Source of the DNA: Octopus sinensis
Lineage: Eukaryota
Assembly (NCBI RefSeq): GCF_006345805.1
Contig: NC_043003.1
Span: forward strand, 18,786,001-18,850,000
Length of the DNA: 64,000 nucleotides
Direction of reading: 5' to 3'
The notes beneath the pieces are model-generated. The model saw only the letters and a list, made by a program, of their open reading frames with translations. It did no database searches and was not told the origin of the DNA. Position 1 is the stretch's first letter. Every line of letters starts with the position of its first letter. Shown piece by piece: positions 50,208 through 63,765 of this stretch. A program made the position numbers and the translations under genes.

Positions 50208-50464
50208 GGTGACTGGGTATGGTATGGTATACCTGTGCGTGCAAGAGGGCATGTGTGCATAACAAAATACAAATAATGAAAAAAATTCTCCATTTTACAT
50301 CCTTGTGTGATACATCATCAAAAGGTAACACCAGAGCAGTAGTAACAACTTTAATTAGTCTTACTCACCAATGCTACTATTTATATCTAATTATATTTAT
50401 AAATTATAAGTACTGAATGGGGAGTGACAGTTTTGTAACAGATGTTTTTAGGGGAGAGTGGATG

Positions 50465-50672
50465 ACAAAGACTTATGACTTAGTGGTTAGAGTGTTGGAT
50501 TCATGACCAATAGATTGTGGTTTCAATTACTGGACCGGATGATGTATGTGTTCTTGAGCAAAACACTTCATTTCATGTTGCTCCAGTCCACTCAGCTGGC
50601 AGGACAGAAAATATATGTGCCATAGAAACCAGCCCTCTGAGTCTATATGGCACAGGAAGGATCTTTATCCTT
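50465..50672 (+). mobile_element. SINE family E, internally deleted
   Basis: Homologous to 44111-44352. Confidence 0.75.
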
Positions 50673-51299
50673 TTCTATCCTAGGTGATGAAGAACAACCA
50701 AGGAAAGGTTTGGAAACAAAACCAATTTCAAATATAGTTTGTGTTTAAGAAAATACAACTGCACCCTCACATCACTGCATAATAAGAACCAAGGCAGAAA
50801 ATCATCATACATCTAACAAATAAAAGAGCTTATGTATCTTTAGCAAATAGTACTACAACTCAGTGTAGTTATTTTAGTTACCTAAACTGAATGTCATGAG
50901 CCAACAGACCTCTGTTTGGCAGGTACATGTGACTGCCTCCATTCTGAACTCTACTGTTTTGCAATGTTGTTCTGTTTCTTTCACAACAATGGTCTCCCCT
51001 CTGTTCTAAACAACCTCTACTTTAGACATGGCTTTCACACTCATTTCACCTCACCTTTTTCTTTTTACATTTCCAAATCCTTCTCTCTTACTGTCTCATA
51101 ATTGGGTGACTTTCTTCCTCCATAAATATGCATAAACACTTATTTCCCCACACAATCATCATTTTCTCCATCAAATCAGCCCACAATAATTTAGTATAAT
51201 GTAATTAATAGATGTACTGAGGAGATTTAATTAAAACCGAAATGACAACTTTCATCTATAAATATTAAGGACTTCATAAGAAAATCAAATTAAATATTC

Positions 51300-51475
51300 A
51301 TAAAAGCAGTGTCATTCATTTCCAGTCTTCTGTGAAAACATGTCCATCCAAGAGGAAATATTACCTTACTTGGAAACAGGTGAGGGTTGTGGCAGGATGG
51401 GTATCTGGCTGTAGAAATTAATTCTGTGACTCATTCAAGCATGGAAAAATAGATATTGAAATGATGATGATGACA
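51300..51475 (+). mobile_element. SINE family C 3' part
   Basis: ggaaatattaccttacttggaaacaggtgagggttg...catggaaaaatagatattgaaatgatgatga. Confidence 0.78.
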
Positions 51476-52014
51476 ACTTCAATTACAATTACAAGTTTAA
51501 TATGTTAGTGTACTTTTTTTTTATAATTCTAATTTTATTATCAACCAAACTATCATTTTTAGGCTTCTTTCATCTCCAAACAAAACTAGGTACTTATTAA
51601 ACCTCAAGCTATTTTCTTAGCTCACTCATTCAGCTTAATCTTCAGGATCACTTTATTATATATTCATAGTACACAAATAATGTCTTCATTTAAATGTTTT
51701 CAAACATCAATATTTTTGAGATTTTATACTTTTCTTCAAAGACATGATTTAGTATGTACGGAATAGAATATTAAAGGCACAAACATTTCAAAGCATTCAT
51801 TAGAAAGAATCTCTTTATCAGTCAGTAAGATAAGAAGTTCTTTCAAACAATTTATGAAAGAGAAGAACACAACCAAAGCTATGTACTTTTGTCACATGCA
51901 TAATTATTATCATCATCATTTTAATGTTTATATTAATTTTTTTCTTTTTATATTGGAATAATGTAGCATATGGGAGATACTGGTATCAATGCCCAGATTC
52001 TCCAACATAATTTT

Positions 52015-52165
52015 CTTCCCTCCAAGTGGTTTCACAAAAGTGACCGATAGAATAAGTACCAGGCTTTAAAATAAGTGCTGGAGTCAATATGATGAACTAA
52101 ACCTTTCAAAATGGTGCTCCAGCATGGCTGCAGTCCACTGACTGAAACAAGTGTAAGATAAAAAG
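52015..52165 (+). mobile_element. SINE family A 3' part
   Basis: gaccgatagaataagtaccagg...gctccagcatggctgcagtcc. Confidence 0.8.
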
Positions 52166-52310
52166 ACATTGCATCACCCCATACTTCTCAATCATTTGTC
52201 AACTCATTTGAGAGGAACTGCTCTAATCATTTCTTCCAAGTTCATCTAGCTATATACATGTACCAAAAATGTAAGAACCACTATAGGATTGTGACAATTT
52301 TCTTCATTTT

Positions 52311-52513
52311 CGGCGAGCTGGCAGAAATGTTAGCACACTGGGTGAAATGCTTAACGGTGTTTCATCTGTCTTTATGTTCTGAGTTCAAATTCCGTCAAGG
52401 TCGACTTTGCATTTCATCATTTCAGGTTTGATAAATCAAGTACCAGTTGTGTACTGGAGTCGATCTAATTGACTAGCCCCCTCCCCCAAAAATTTGGGCC
52501 TTATGCCTAGAGT
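52311..52513 (+). mobile_element. SINE family B
   Basis: ggcgagctggcagaaatgttagcac...gggccttatgcctagagtagaaaag. Confidence 0.9.
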
Positions 52514-52730
52514 AGAAAAGAATTTTCTTCATTTTCTGTCCTAGCATCTAACATCCATTTTACATTCTCAAACCAGCACTACCACTGATCCATCATCTCC
52601 AATTACTTGTGCAAAGCCTTTCATTTAATGTAACAGCATCCAAAGACACTTCTGTAACATATCCCCTCATCCCGTTTTTTTTTTAATGAAGCAGGGAGCT
52701 AAAAACAAAGGAAATATAGCACAGTATACA

Positions 52731-52846
52731 TTGGAGAGCTGGCAGAATCGTTAGCATGCCAGGCAAAATGCTTATTGGTATTTCATCCATCTTTATGTTC
52801 TGAGTTCAAATTCTGTCATGGCCAACTTCACCTTTCATCCTTTCAG
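52731..52846 (+). mobile_element. SINE family B 5' half
   Basis: ggagagctggcagaatcgttagc...cacctttcatcctttc. Confidence 0.85.
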
Positions 52847-54075
52847 AAATCATTTAATGCAAAACACAATGAAGACCAAGGACAAAGAGATATAAAGTTG
52901 TTAGCTTTCCTCTCCAACAGATATCAATCAAAATATTTCAATAGAAAAAGTACTAAATGATTCCAAAATTTGGAACAAGAAGTCCAGTTTGTCTTTAAGT
53001 CTACAAGAGTTATAAATTCCTTATATCTAGCCTCTCGCTAAAAATCAATACATTACAAAATGTGTGCTTAATGTATATCTGGATACTGTCATGTTTGAGA
53101 CACATTTCCCTATCTTATTTTAAAGAGAGAAAAAATTTAAACTGCACAACTAGCTACTATTTGAATTGATTTAACATATCATGGTCTTCAGTTATCTATT
53201 AAGAGCAAATATCAAGAAATTTCTTATAATAGTTTAATTGAGTAACAGAAAGAGTTAGATCTGACTAATAGTTTTGACAGCTAAATATTAAATTTCTCCA
53301 CTTTAAAAAAGAAGAAAACAGACAAATGAAAGGAGGTGGAAATTACATCTTAGGAGTAATATGGAAATGCCTTTTAAACTCAGAAAAGCTTTTATGGAGC
53401 AGTTTTTAACTTCTAGGAAACCAGTGTATTTCAGGTAATGACAAAAAACCTTTGGAAATTAATGAATAGAATTTGGTGGACTGCCACTCAAGAATTCAAT
53501 TCTAGAAGCAGACTCTCTGAAGGATACCAAATATGATAGGCACAAAATTAAATGAAGCCTACATTAGCTACATATTAGACTGGGGCACACTTGTTACATC
53601 TGATTGGTGAATTACATTCCATCACATGATTCTGATCAAGAAAAGTTGACTAGGGATGTACATCAAAAACTAGATGACACTCAATAAAGTTACTTAAAAA
53701 AATTGATAAATATTTTTTTTTTAAATTCACTGAATCTAGAATAAGATAAATGTGAATTATTATTCATGAAATACCAATAGAGAGAGAAAAACAAAATACT
53801 CAATCAAATATATGTAAATACAGGTCAGTAGAGATTTTCTGCCAACTGATGATCTGGTACAGCTTTTAATCTAGATAATTAACTAAGGACACTTAAATTT
53901 CCAAAGACCACAATTAACTGTCACACTACCAAGTCTTCACAACACACATTTATTTATTTACTAGTAACATATCATGAAGGTGGAAACTCTCTATATATAC
54001 CTTAGTATAATAATATAAACATGCTAACCCCTAAGGACCCACTTTTTGTGAAGAGCTAGTTAATATATAACTTAC

Positions 54076-54145
54076 TTTCACTGTGAAGAATGCAGTACCC
54101 GAGCATGAAAGAGAGCACAGTAAACATACGCCCTTCATAGTTACG
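54076..54145 (-). other. Candidate 70-nt exon of minus-strand host gene
   Basis: Branch-point-like cactaac, AG-free pyrimidine-rich tract, ttgaag| acceptor, aaa|gtaagt donor; two open frames. Confidence 0.3.
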
Positions 54146-54431
54146 CTTCAAGAGCAAGTCCAGTGGAAAGGGGTAGACCAGTGACAAAGAGGTTAGTGTG
54201 TGAGATTAGATTTTGCTTTAAATATTTGCAACTTCCTATTATTATAATTTAAAGGTTGGAAGAATGTTTGTAGGTTTCCAGTGTATAAACAAAGGTGTTG
54301 TGAAAGTTTAATAATGACAAAGTAAGTGGTCTTCAAGGAATTTCCTCAGAGCTACTATTACATGACCTCTTTTAATCCAGCAAGGGTTTTGAGGTTGAAG
54401 ATACAAGAAAATTGGTGGTGTATCAGTATAT

Positions 54432-54673
54432 ATTTACACACACAATAAATATATATATCTTTATTGCCCACAAGGGGCTTAACATAGGGAGGACAAACAA
54501 AGGGATTAAGTTGATTACATCGACCCCAGTATGTAACTGGTACTTTATTTATCGACCCCGAAAGAATGAAAGGCAAAACCGACCTCGGTTGAATTTGAAC
54601 TCAGAATGTAGCAGCAGACGAAATACTGCTAAGAATTTTGCCCGGCGTGCTAACGTTTCTGCCAGCTCGCCTT
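54432..54673 (-). mobile_element. SINE family B tail variant, young
   Basis: tttattgcccacaagggg...tgcccggcgtgctaacgtttctgccagctcgcc with CpGs retained. Confidence 0.92.
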
Positions 54674-57600
54674 ATATATATATACATATATACGCACATC
54701 CAGAACAGCAAATGAAGCGGCTGGTTTGGAAATATATTACTTAGTTATTACTGTATACATAGTTACAATTATAAATCAACAGCATTTGCTTTGCAAACAT
54801 TTCCCCATGTTATGTTTTCAGGATTGTTTCTTAAGACATAACTGCTTTTAATTAATTCTTCTGTAGTACCAAACTCTCTTAACAGTCTTTCTTACATCTT
54901 GCAAAATAAATAAAAAAAAAATTTGGCACAATTGCTTTGGCTAAGATTAACTACTACAATGCATATGTCATCCGTCGTTAATAAAAGTCCAAACTTCTGT
55001 GTACAGTAATGAAAGCAACAGATTAATTTTTGATATTACATATTCAACAGGTTAGATTTCGAGCATTCCTTTCTAGTGTGTAAGATATTCCTGTTTATTG
55101 ACCAGATTTTATTGCTATACATTTATGACGTCTCAGGTAAATACCTTTACATTCAAAACTGAGCTTCAATAGCTTTCCTGTCAACACAAACAGCAGTTTC
55201 TTAAACTTCAAATTACTTAAAATACTTGATACACATACATTACTTCAGCTTCTAATACTGACTGGCTTTCTAAGATAGATAAAATACTTGGCTATTTCAG
55301 ATGAAACTTCAAGATAAGCCAGAGTTTATATGTATTTTCGATAGTAGGGATGCAGTTATTACTTCAAATTGTACATCTACTATCACACAGCATAATCTTG
55401 TTTTATAATCTAGATTACATTGAGCCCTTGCATAATAGCCCGTATATTGTCTAGGTTACGTAAGATACATGCTTTATATTAATCTTTTATGTTCTGAAGA
55501 TCTTTTTCCACAATTTGCAAAAGAACCCAACATATTTATAGCAAAGCGCTAACATTCTCCAGTACTAAAATTTGTCACTAATGCTTCAAGAGTTGAAAGT
55601 AAGATGACAGATCTAGAGAAATTAACTTAGAAACCTTCAAGAATGCACGAACAAAAATGACTGAATTTTTAACTGCCTCACAGATAATTAACTGCTATCA
55701 GAAACATGTAACCAACATCTTAGCTATTAATCCTAATACAGTGCATGCCAAATGTACAAGGGTCTGTTATGTCATCCAAAGAATTCTTAAATAATATGGT
55801 TAATTAACTAAAAAAATCTCTTAGCATTTCAGCAACCACCACCAAAAGTGCTGAGTTTTTGCAACAGAGCCAGTCATTTTAATTCAAAATTTATTCTTTC
55901 TCTCACTCACTGAGATTACATTTGTTTAAAAAACAGGGTGTAATCTTAAAGTGTAGGAAAAAGAGAGAAGGAGAGAAAGATTGCTTAAGTGAGTGAGACT
56001 GATTATATTAGAATTTTCTTTGAAGTTTCAAGGAAAAACACAAAAGTAAGAAGTCAATTCAGTTTGACTTGCATGTTCCAAAATAAATACAACTTGTTTT
56101 CTTTGAATGAATTCCAATTACTGTAGTATATCTATCTGTCATGAAAAACAGTGAGCAGCAAAATGGCTCATTCTCACACACACACGTTTTTACATAAACA
56201 ATACACAAATTGAACAGTGTTTTTAGACCATGTCATTGCAGTGAATATATTGAAGTAACATCAGTTGTAATCTCATTGGAAATATAAATTGAAACAGCAG
56301 TTTAATCTCTCAATTCTCTTCATAAAACAATTAAAAAAAATTACTTGTCAATAAAAGCCATAATTCTTAAAACATATATAAATTCACAAAGCTGTGAATA
56401 GGACCATATGCTTTATAAACAGTATTATAAAATCAACTAGTCCTGTTATGAGTATAGAAAAGGATTTTCTAACAACTTACTATATGCTAATTTCATAAAG
56501 ACCCATTCCTACAGCCCACTTTTTTCTTCTTTATATTACAATATCTCAATGCATCAGGGTTAATTGTTTTCATTTTACATTCATTTTTCCCTACTCATGT
56601 GGATTAGACAAAATTTACATATTATCGAGGCACTGTTTTACAACTGGGTACTTTCCTGTCACAAACCCCTGTTTTTCAATTAAAGTTTTCATTTCACTTG
56701 TCTTCACAAGCAGAATTACAACATGATTTGTTGACAGGGAAATGTTAACAAACATCACTGTCTTTAACTCAGCAACCTTCATACAAAGTGTAACCATTCA
56801 CAGACACACATACACAATGGCCTGGTACAGTTTCTATCAACCAAATTCACTCCCAAAACAAATTATCACCTTATAACCAAGGAACAGAGGAAATCAAATG
56901 TGACTATCATAATTCTGAGTTATTAATAACTCAGAATTTAACACAAGAGTCGATAATATAATTTCTGAGTGTATTTTCAGAAAAACTTACTATTTACCTA
57001 AAACAATATCAACTTATTTGAGCTTATGTATAAAGCTTTGTTTCAGGTTGTATTTGCTTGGCATATGACTTGATCTGAGACGAGTGTTATAATTGAAACA
57101 ATTACATCATGTCAAGGGTCAAGATAGCCATATAAAATGCACTGAACCATAGCTTTCATTTTTGTTTTATTTCTTGGTAGTCTTGCATACTATCAATAAC
57201 TGCCAAAAGGTTTTGTTGTAAATGCACTAGAATTGTGTCAGTCATCAGGTTGTAGATCGACACCAAAACATTTTTAGCACTTTATAACATACAGCACTAG
57301 CAAGAGTCCAAAAGTGAAGGTAACAGCATATGCGCATGTATTTCAAATAGCCATCTTCGGCTCTTCCCCAGTGTAATTGGCAAAGCTTTATGTTTCTAAT
57401 CACATCCAACACAATGCCAATATTTACTGATAGCATTTATATTGTGGATACTGCAATTTATGTCTTTCAAAAATTAAATCTTCGATGCCAGATGATCCTA
57501 ATATCATTGTATTTTAAAACATTTGCAATCATTTTACTGCTTTAAGCCAGTATACACTTAAAATGAAAAGATTAAGACACAATGGAGTCCATTGTCTATT

Positions 57601-58377
57601 GTACTTAATATTCTAAAATATTTCTTAGCATATGAAATGGGATCATTCTCAAGACACACATTTAAGATAATGTATACAACAATAAAGGGTTAATATTTAA
57701 AAACCTGCTGAAATTTTCAGTGGCATCAATTAAACCTCACAATCTTTCAATGGAATAATTTCTGGAATTTTGTTTTATTCATTTTGTTAAAGATAAATAA
57801 TTAACAATTACAATAATTTAATTTTTCAGATCTTATTAAATTGTTGTTTTTTTTTTGTTTTGTTTTGTTTTCCAAAATGCATTTAAAAAATTACTCCAAA
57901 TGTGTGCAAAAAAAATTCCATTTATAAAATCCAAGTTAATATCAAGGTCAAATCTGGGGATGAAATGTTCCCAAATTAAATTTTGATCAGCATGTCAATC
58001 AAGTGCAGTAAAAGAGTGATTCTTATGTCATTCAGCAAACAAAGTAAGATCTGTACTTCACTGAGAAACTCTAATAAGACTTAAACACATCTAGGGTTGT
58101 CTCCCATATTTTTCAAAATACTCAAGATAATGTTTGTCAATGGCTTAATATTTTTTTCCATAGCTTTTTGGGATTTTTTTCTAAATGGCATTTTTTGTAT
58201 GTTCTCTCATTAATTATGTTAACATGACTTCTCATAGATGTGGATTCTCATCCATCACTTACTCAATAAAATTAAAATACCATAAATCAAAGTATCTGAT
58301 AAGACAATGTATCATCCTTCCACTTATGAAACTTAAATGCACTCTTGCACTGGAAGAGAAATATTTAACATAGAACC

Positions 58378-59502
58378 CATGAGGTCTGTCCAAAAAGACA
58401 CTGAACTTTTAAAACTGCTGTGTATGGGTGATTTTAAACTTCAGTTCAATTAATAATAGTCACATTACGCCATGTCAGTTAGTCGCTAATCTACATGTGC
58501 TACATTAAATGTATGTTTAGTGTACTTGGTAATTTTTCGCAAAGGTGAATAATGAAGGGTCCCAAAGAGCAAAATGCTTGTGCAAAAATACTTGTTTCAA
58601 ACTGGGAAAGACTTTTATAGATATGTTTCTAACATTGCAACAGACCTATGGGGAAGATTATTTGAGCTGTAAGCAATGCTACAAATGGTACAAGTATTTC
58701 AAATTGGCAAGAACATCCACCAAAGATGATTGAAAATCTAGACAACAAGAAAATTGTTGCATGAACTGTCTGTGAAGCTTCAAAGATAGGCATCTGTAAA
58801 AGTAAATACCAAATGATTTTAAAAGATAAATTGACAATGCAACAGGTTATGCTGAATATGTACTGCATCTAATAACAGACGATGTGAAAGAGAATCAGAT
58901 CGCATTTAGTCGAGAGTGTTTGATAGTTTGAATGTTGATGGAAACTTTTTGTACTGTGTCATAGCAAGTGAGGAAGCATAGATGTGTGATTATGATGTTG
59001 AAACAAAGAAGCAGTCATCCCTATGGATTTGGATCATCATGGCTATAACTGAAGAAGTACATCAGTCAAATATAATTAATTAGAATGGTGTCATTCGTAA
59101 CAAGTCTGTTCCATGTCCTGACACATTTGAGAGGGGTAGCATAAAGAGGACAAAGGCTAGAACAAATGAAACTTGGATGCTACACCAGTTAAAACACACC
59201 TACTCTGTGTTATTCTTTATCCATGATTTTTTTTTTTTACCCCATCGCCCAGAATTGGTCACTGTGGACTTGTTTTTGTTCCCAGAGTTCAAATCCAACC
59301 ACAAAAATCACCAATTTCAAATTCACTATAAGAAGTGCACACTACTTCTGAAAACACTTCCCAGGATACACTCCCAAACTAAAAAAACACATTGGGGAAT
59401 TGTGTATCAACAATGGAGGGAATTATTCAGGAGATAAGTCTGATTAAATTGTAAATAAAGCAATAAAATTTGTCTTCCAGTTTATTTCTGAACAGACAAG
59501 TA
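58378..59502 (+). mobile_element. Dead Tc1/mariner (mariner-type) transposon
   Basis: Peptides CFKLGKTF...QQTYGEDYLS...CYKWYKYFK...STKDD, VIASEEA*MCDYDVETKKQSSLW (cf. ITGDETW..YDPETK.QSS.W), ETWMLH, PHRPELVTVDLFLFP (cf. PYSPDLAP.DF.LFP); degenerate TIRs gaggtctgtccaaaaag / tttctgaacagacaag-ta; many stops. Confidence 0.9.
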
Positions 59503-60699
59503 AGTAAAAACTGTTATTTTCAAAAGAAGTAGGTATTATATTTCTAATTTAAAACACTACAGCTGACAGTCTCAGCTGGACTACAATAGCCATTTCAATA
59601 TTTTGTCTTTATATGACATAGAATACTAGAAACCATTCACCCAAAAATAATCTTAAGTGATTAAAATAAAATAAAAAATGCTAAACAATGTTAAAGTGTT
59701 AATTAATGACCTCAATTTTTATATTAATAATCTGACAAAGAAGTGATACAAAAGATACTATGAAGCTCAGGTTAAAAAGAAAAAAATAGCTAATATTTTT
59801 GCTTTTCAATAACAAAATGAATTCCTTTGACCGATCTTAATACTGAAGAAATATCAATGACTATCAGCTACAAAAATTTATCATGGATAATTCTGACTAG
59901 CTGTAGCTAAATTTTACCTTACTTTTCTCCAGTACCAATCAAGTAAATACCAGCAATTCACTGAGGTCCTTTTAATCAGCCCCACTGTCTACCCTAAAAA
60001 TATGTGATTTTGTAAGAAATCCAAATTTTATGGGAGGAGAGTTCAAATTTGAGGAAATTAAAAAAAAAAAGAGCTTTTTCACTTGCTCTTATACCTGTTT
60101 TAATGCAAATTTACACCTTGCATATTACCTTTATCCTCCTTTATAAACTTCATCATTTTACATACTCAAAGCTGCCAACCAGTTTGGAAACTCACCCCAG
60201 GGTGCATTTGTTATTTTGAATTTACATTGAACTGAAAATACAAGATAGTCTATGAAAACCTCTTTGGATTTTATTCCTTCACCATCCACAATCCTATCTC
60301 AAACAGTACCAGAGACATATTATACATCCTGCTTTCCAAAATCCAATAAAAATGAAATCTTTACCACTCATTCAAGTCTTCTCTCTACATTTAAGCTATA
60401 AACTGTTATTTCTTTCTTTACCAAAACTGACAACCAGACTTGGTTTTGGAATGCTGTCCTCTGTAGATATATTAACAGTATTTGGTTTATCTGAAAAGTC
60501 CAACGCTTCTTTTGCACGTTAATTGCAAAAGAGCTGATATAATCCTAATATAACAATGTATCACCACAACCCATCATTATAATCAGTTTATTATTCATTT
60601 TTCAACACTAGGTAGATATAGCAGGTTTGATTAACTTACTTCCATCTGACCCTTCTTGTGTTACTTCAACAAGGAGACTAAGTCCTAATTTAAGTAGAT

Positions 60700-61130
60700 T
60701 ATGCTAAATCTTATTACTGCACTTGTTACCATCTCAACTACAAGCACATACAACACTACTTCACTAAACATGTATTATTCATATGCATTACAAGTCCGTA
60801 ATAACTATAATTGTGTCTTCTGTATTCACAGATAACTTTCTCAGCACTCTAATATTCTGTCTGTATCTCAAGTATATCCAACAAATCAGTCTCACTTCAT
60901 TCTCTGCCTCTCTTACAGAAGGCATCCTTTCTGCACTAACTATGTTTCACTAGCTTGCAATATCACATTTCAAACAAACGCATCATATTGATTACCTTCC
61001 ATGTGGACAGAGAATCCAAGTGTCACCAAAAATGCTAGTTAATTCTCCATAGTTCTTCCATTTAGTCTACAGACTCAACGCTATACTAATTAGGCTTCTT
61101 AATACAACTACTACTTTCAGGAATACACTA
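60700..61130 (-). mobile_element. Degenerate RTE LINE, post-RT region
   Basis: KWKNYGEL and LAFLVTLGFSVHMEGNQYDAFV*NVILQASET* resemble W.KFRELLPLL..KGLSLRVKGRLYDACVR...L.GSETW. Confidence 0.6.
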
Positions 61131-62203
61131 GAGCAAACCAAAGCCTTTTAGTAGAAGCAAATGATAATAATCCTTCTTTAGTTAAGATATTACATAAAAA
61201 GTCTCGAGTTTCCTTACTGATGTATAATATATAAATTATATGAGACCCAAAGTTTTGCTAAGATTGATTTCATAATTGTCCTTTTTGTATGAATTATTGC
61301 CTTGTCTTTCTTAATCAAGAAACAAGAGAATTTTGTCCTACTGAAAATACTAGCTGATGATCATTTAAAGAAAATTAAATGATGCTGATTCAAGATTTTA
61401 ATTACTAAGTGATTTATATTTTTAACTACATTTCCAATAACCCTTATACAAATGTTGCTGAATAAATAGATTGGCTTATGACAGAAATAGATTTAAATTA
61501 GTATATCTCTCAGAGGTAAAAGTATGTAACCTATTGAACAACATATTACAAATGGATGGATTATATTACTTTGAGTAAATACCAAAAGTAGTAGAACTTG
61601 TTATGTGATGATTGTTCATTATTTGGTTTGTAAAACTGAATTTTCCATGTTTTTTCATAAGACACAATTTTTAAACAAACAAAATCTCAACAACAACAGA
61701 AATTCTGATTCGAATTATATTCAACAGATCCACAATTCCATTAATATAAATTAGATTTTCAAATGATTTCAAAAGACAGTTGTAATATTGTAGCCGAAAG
61801 CTAAATTTTACATAGTGACTTTCTTTCAGGTGTGGGAAATAATACAAATTGATTTCTTTTGGCTTTTGATTCAGCAAAGGAAATAAAATATATAACAAAT
61901 GATATTATAATAGTGTGGCAATTTGTTTGGGAAATTTGTACTACAAACCTCTAAGTGTATGAGGGGACAAGAACAAAGGATAATTGTTTTCAGAAGAGAA
62001 AATACTAATCTTCAAGAGAAGAATTCTCTAAAAACTGTGACCTTAAGGCTCATAAATTCTAGGGATGTCAACCACAAATTCATTCTCTGTAACTCGAAAT
62101 TTTTAGGTTCTTGTGAATTAAAAGAATTCATAACCAAAATATTTTGAAAGCAAACTTTAGTTATCATTTTATCATGAATTATAAATTAAGAGCACTGAAA
62201 AAG

Positions 62204-62921
62204 ACTACAGTGTCTTAATTCCTTTCCCTTCCATCTCTTTGCACTGGGATTTAAATAATCACTTCCATTATCTTCATTGCATTGGTGTCATATTTTTGTT
62301 TTGTATTGGCACAGATTGGAGGGAATTTTTCGCAGCAGTGTTTTATGGCTAGATGCCCTTACTGGCTCCAGTAGGACATGCAGGGATACAGCTTACCTAT
62401 TCTAAAATCTGGGACACACAGGATAATGGTTCACATTTAGAAATGGTTAATCTTTAGCCTTTGAACCAGCCAGATCTGACTCTGACCTCTCAGGACTACC
62501 CTCCAATGCCATTCTAAAAATAAACAATCATATCATCAAAATTGCAAAGCTATGAGATAATGTATGGTTAATTCAAAACAACTAAATAAACATTACAATT
62601 GACAGAATAATCTGAATGCTAAAGGGTTAAAGTAAAATCCATTTCGGCAATTATGTTTAAGTTAATGTATTATATTTAGTTTACAGACCATTTCTAAATG
62701 TGAACCATTATCCTCTGTATCCCAGATTTTAGAATAGGTAAGCTGTATCCTTGCATGTCCTACTGGAGTCAGTAAGGGCATCTAGTAATAAAAATCTGTC
62801 TTGAAAAATTCCATCCAATCCATGCCAGTACAGAAAAAATTGATGCAATGAAGATAATGGAAGTGTTTATTTAAATCCCAGTGAGAAGAGATGGAAAGAA
62901 AAGGAATTAAGACGATGTAGT
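62204..62921. repeat. Long inverted repeat, arms about 62204-62447 and 62687-62921
   Basis: Inner 99 bp 95/99 identical, outer 71 bp 66/71, middle ~60 bp about 70% (manual alignment). Confidence 0.95.
62451..62626. mobile_element. TTAA MITE (second family) in the loop of the inverted repeat
   Basis: TTAA at 62447-62450 and 62627-62630; tctttagc / gctaaaggg termini. Confidence 0.7.
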
Positions 62922-63594
62922 TTAGAAATGAAGATTGAAAAGTCAAGCTTCAAAGACAAAATGGTTCGTTATAAGGAAATATAGTGATATGCTGTTACTC
63001 AAACTCATACAATCCATTCTGGGTGTAGAACAACACAAATTAAATTCATGATATTCCAGAGAAGATATAAGATCATACATCAGGACTAAAACTACTTCAA
63101 GTGGTAGAGTCATATTTACTGTTTGATTCACTTTAAATTGTAATAATATATTAGATATCAAAGACTTTTGTTGCATCAGTTAACAGTTCACAGATATATG
63201 GAATGCAGATAAGTGTGCCCTACACTTATATTACATACTAGTAATAAGCATTGTTAATCCCCAATTATCGACAAGGTGTCTTAAATGCTTTGCCAATTGC
63301 AGAATGCAGACTATGCTTTTATCATCTAATTTCACCATTTCTGTCAGCACACACAGAACAGGCAAAGTAATGCACTAGAAACAACATAACCACACAGGTT
63401 GCACTACCTAGCAAGAGTGATGGACAAACTAATTTGCAGTATTTCTCTTACAGCTCTTTATGTTCAAATTTCACCTGGAGTTGACCTCATCATTTTTGAT
63501 AAAACACATACCAGTAATGTACAAATTCACTTAATTTGCTATGTATGTATATGTGGCCTTATGTAAAAGCAGCAGCAGTAAGAGTTGCAGTAAG

Positions 63595-63765
63595 GGTGGA
63601 GAGAGGGTGAGTTGGCAGAAATAGTCAAATGCCAGGTAAACTGTTTAACAGTATTTGAGTTAATCTCAATGCTTTGAGTTCGAATCCAATCAAACCTATC
63701 TTCATTTTTTATCCCTTTAGGGTCAATAGAATAAGTAGAGAGCAGACTACCTTTGTGGGTTCATA
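63595..63765 (+). mobile_element. SINE family B, degenerate
   Basis: gtgagttggcagaaatag...gagttcgaatcc...atccctttagggtcaatagaataag. Confidence 0.65.

Noticed and set aside
55400-55800. Possible DNA-transposase remnant (NILAINPNTVHAKC)
   Set aside because: Resemblance to hAT is too weak; no TIR or TSD found.
61350-61400. CTGATGA...GAAA hammerhead-like spacing
   Set aside because: No stem II or stem I pairing.
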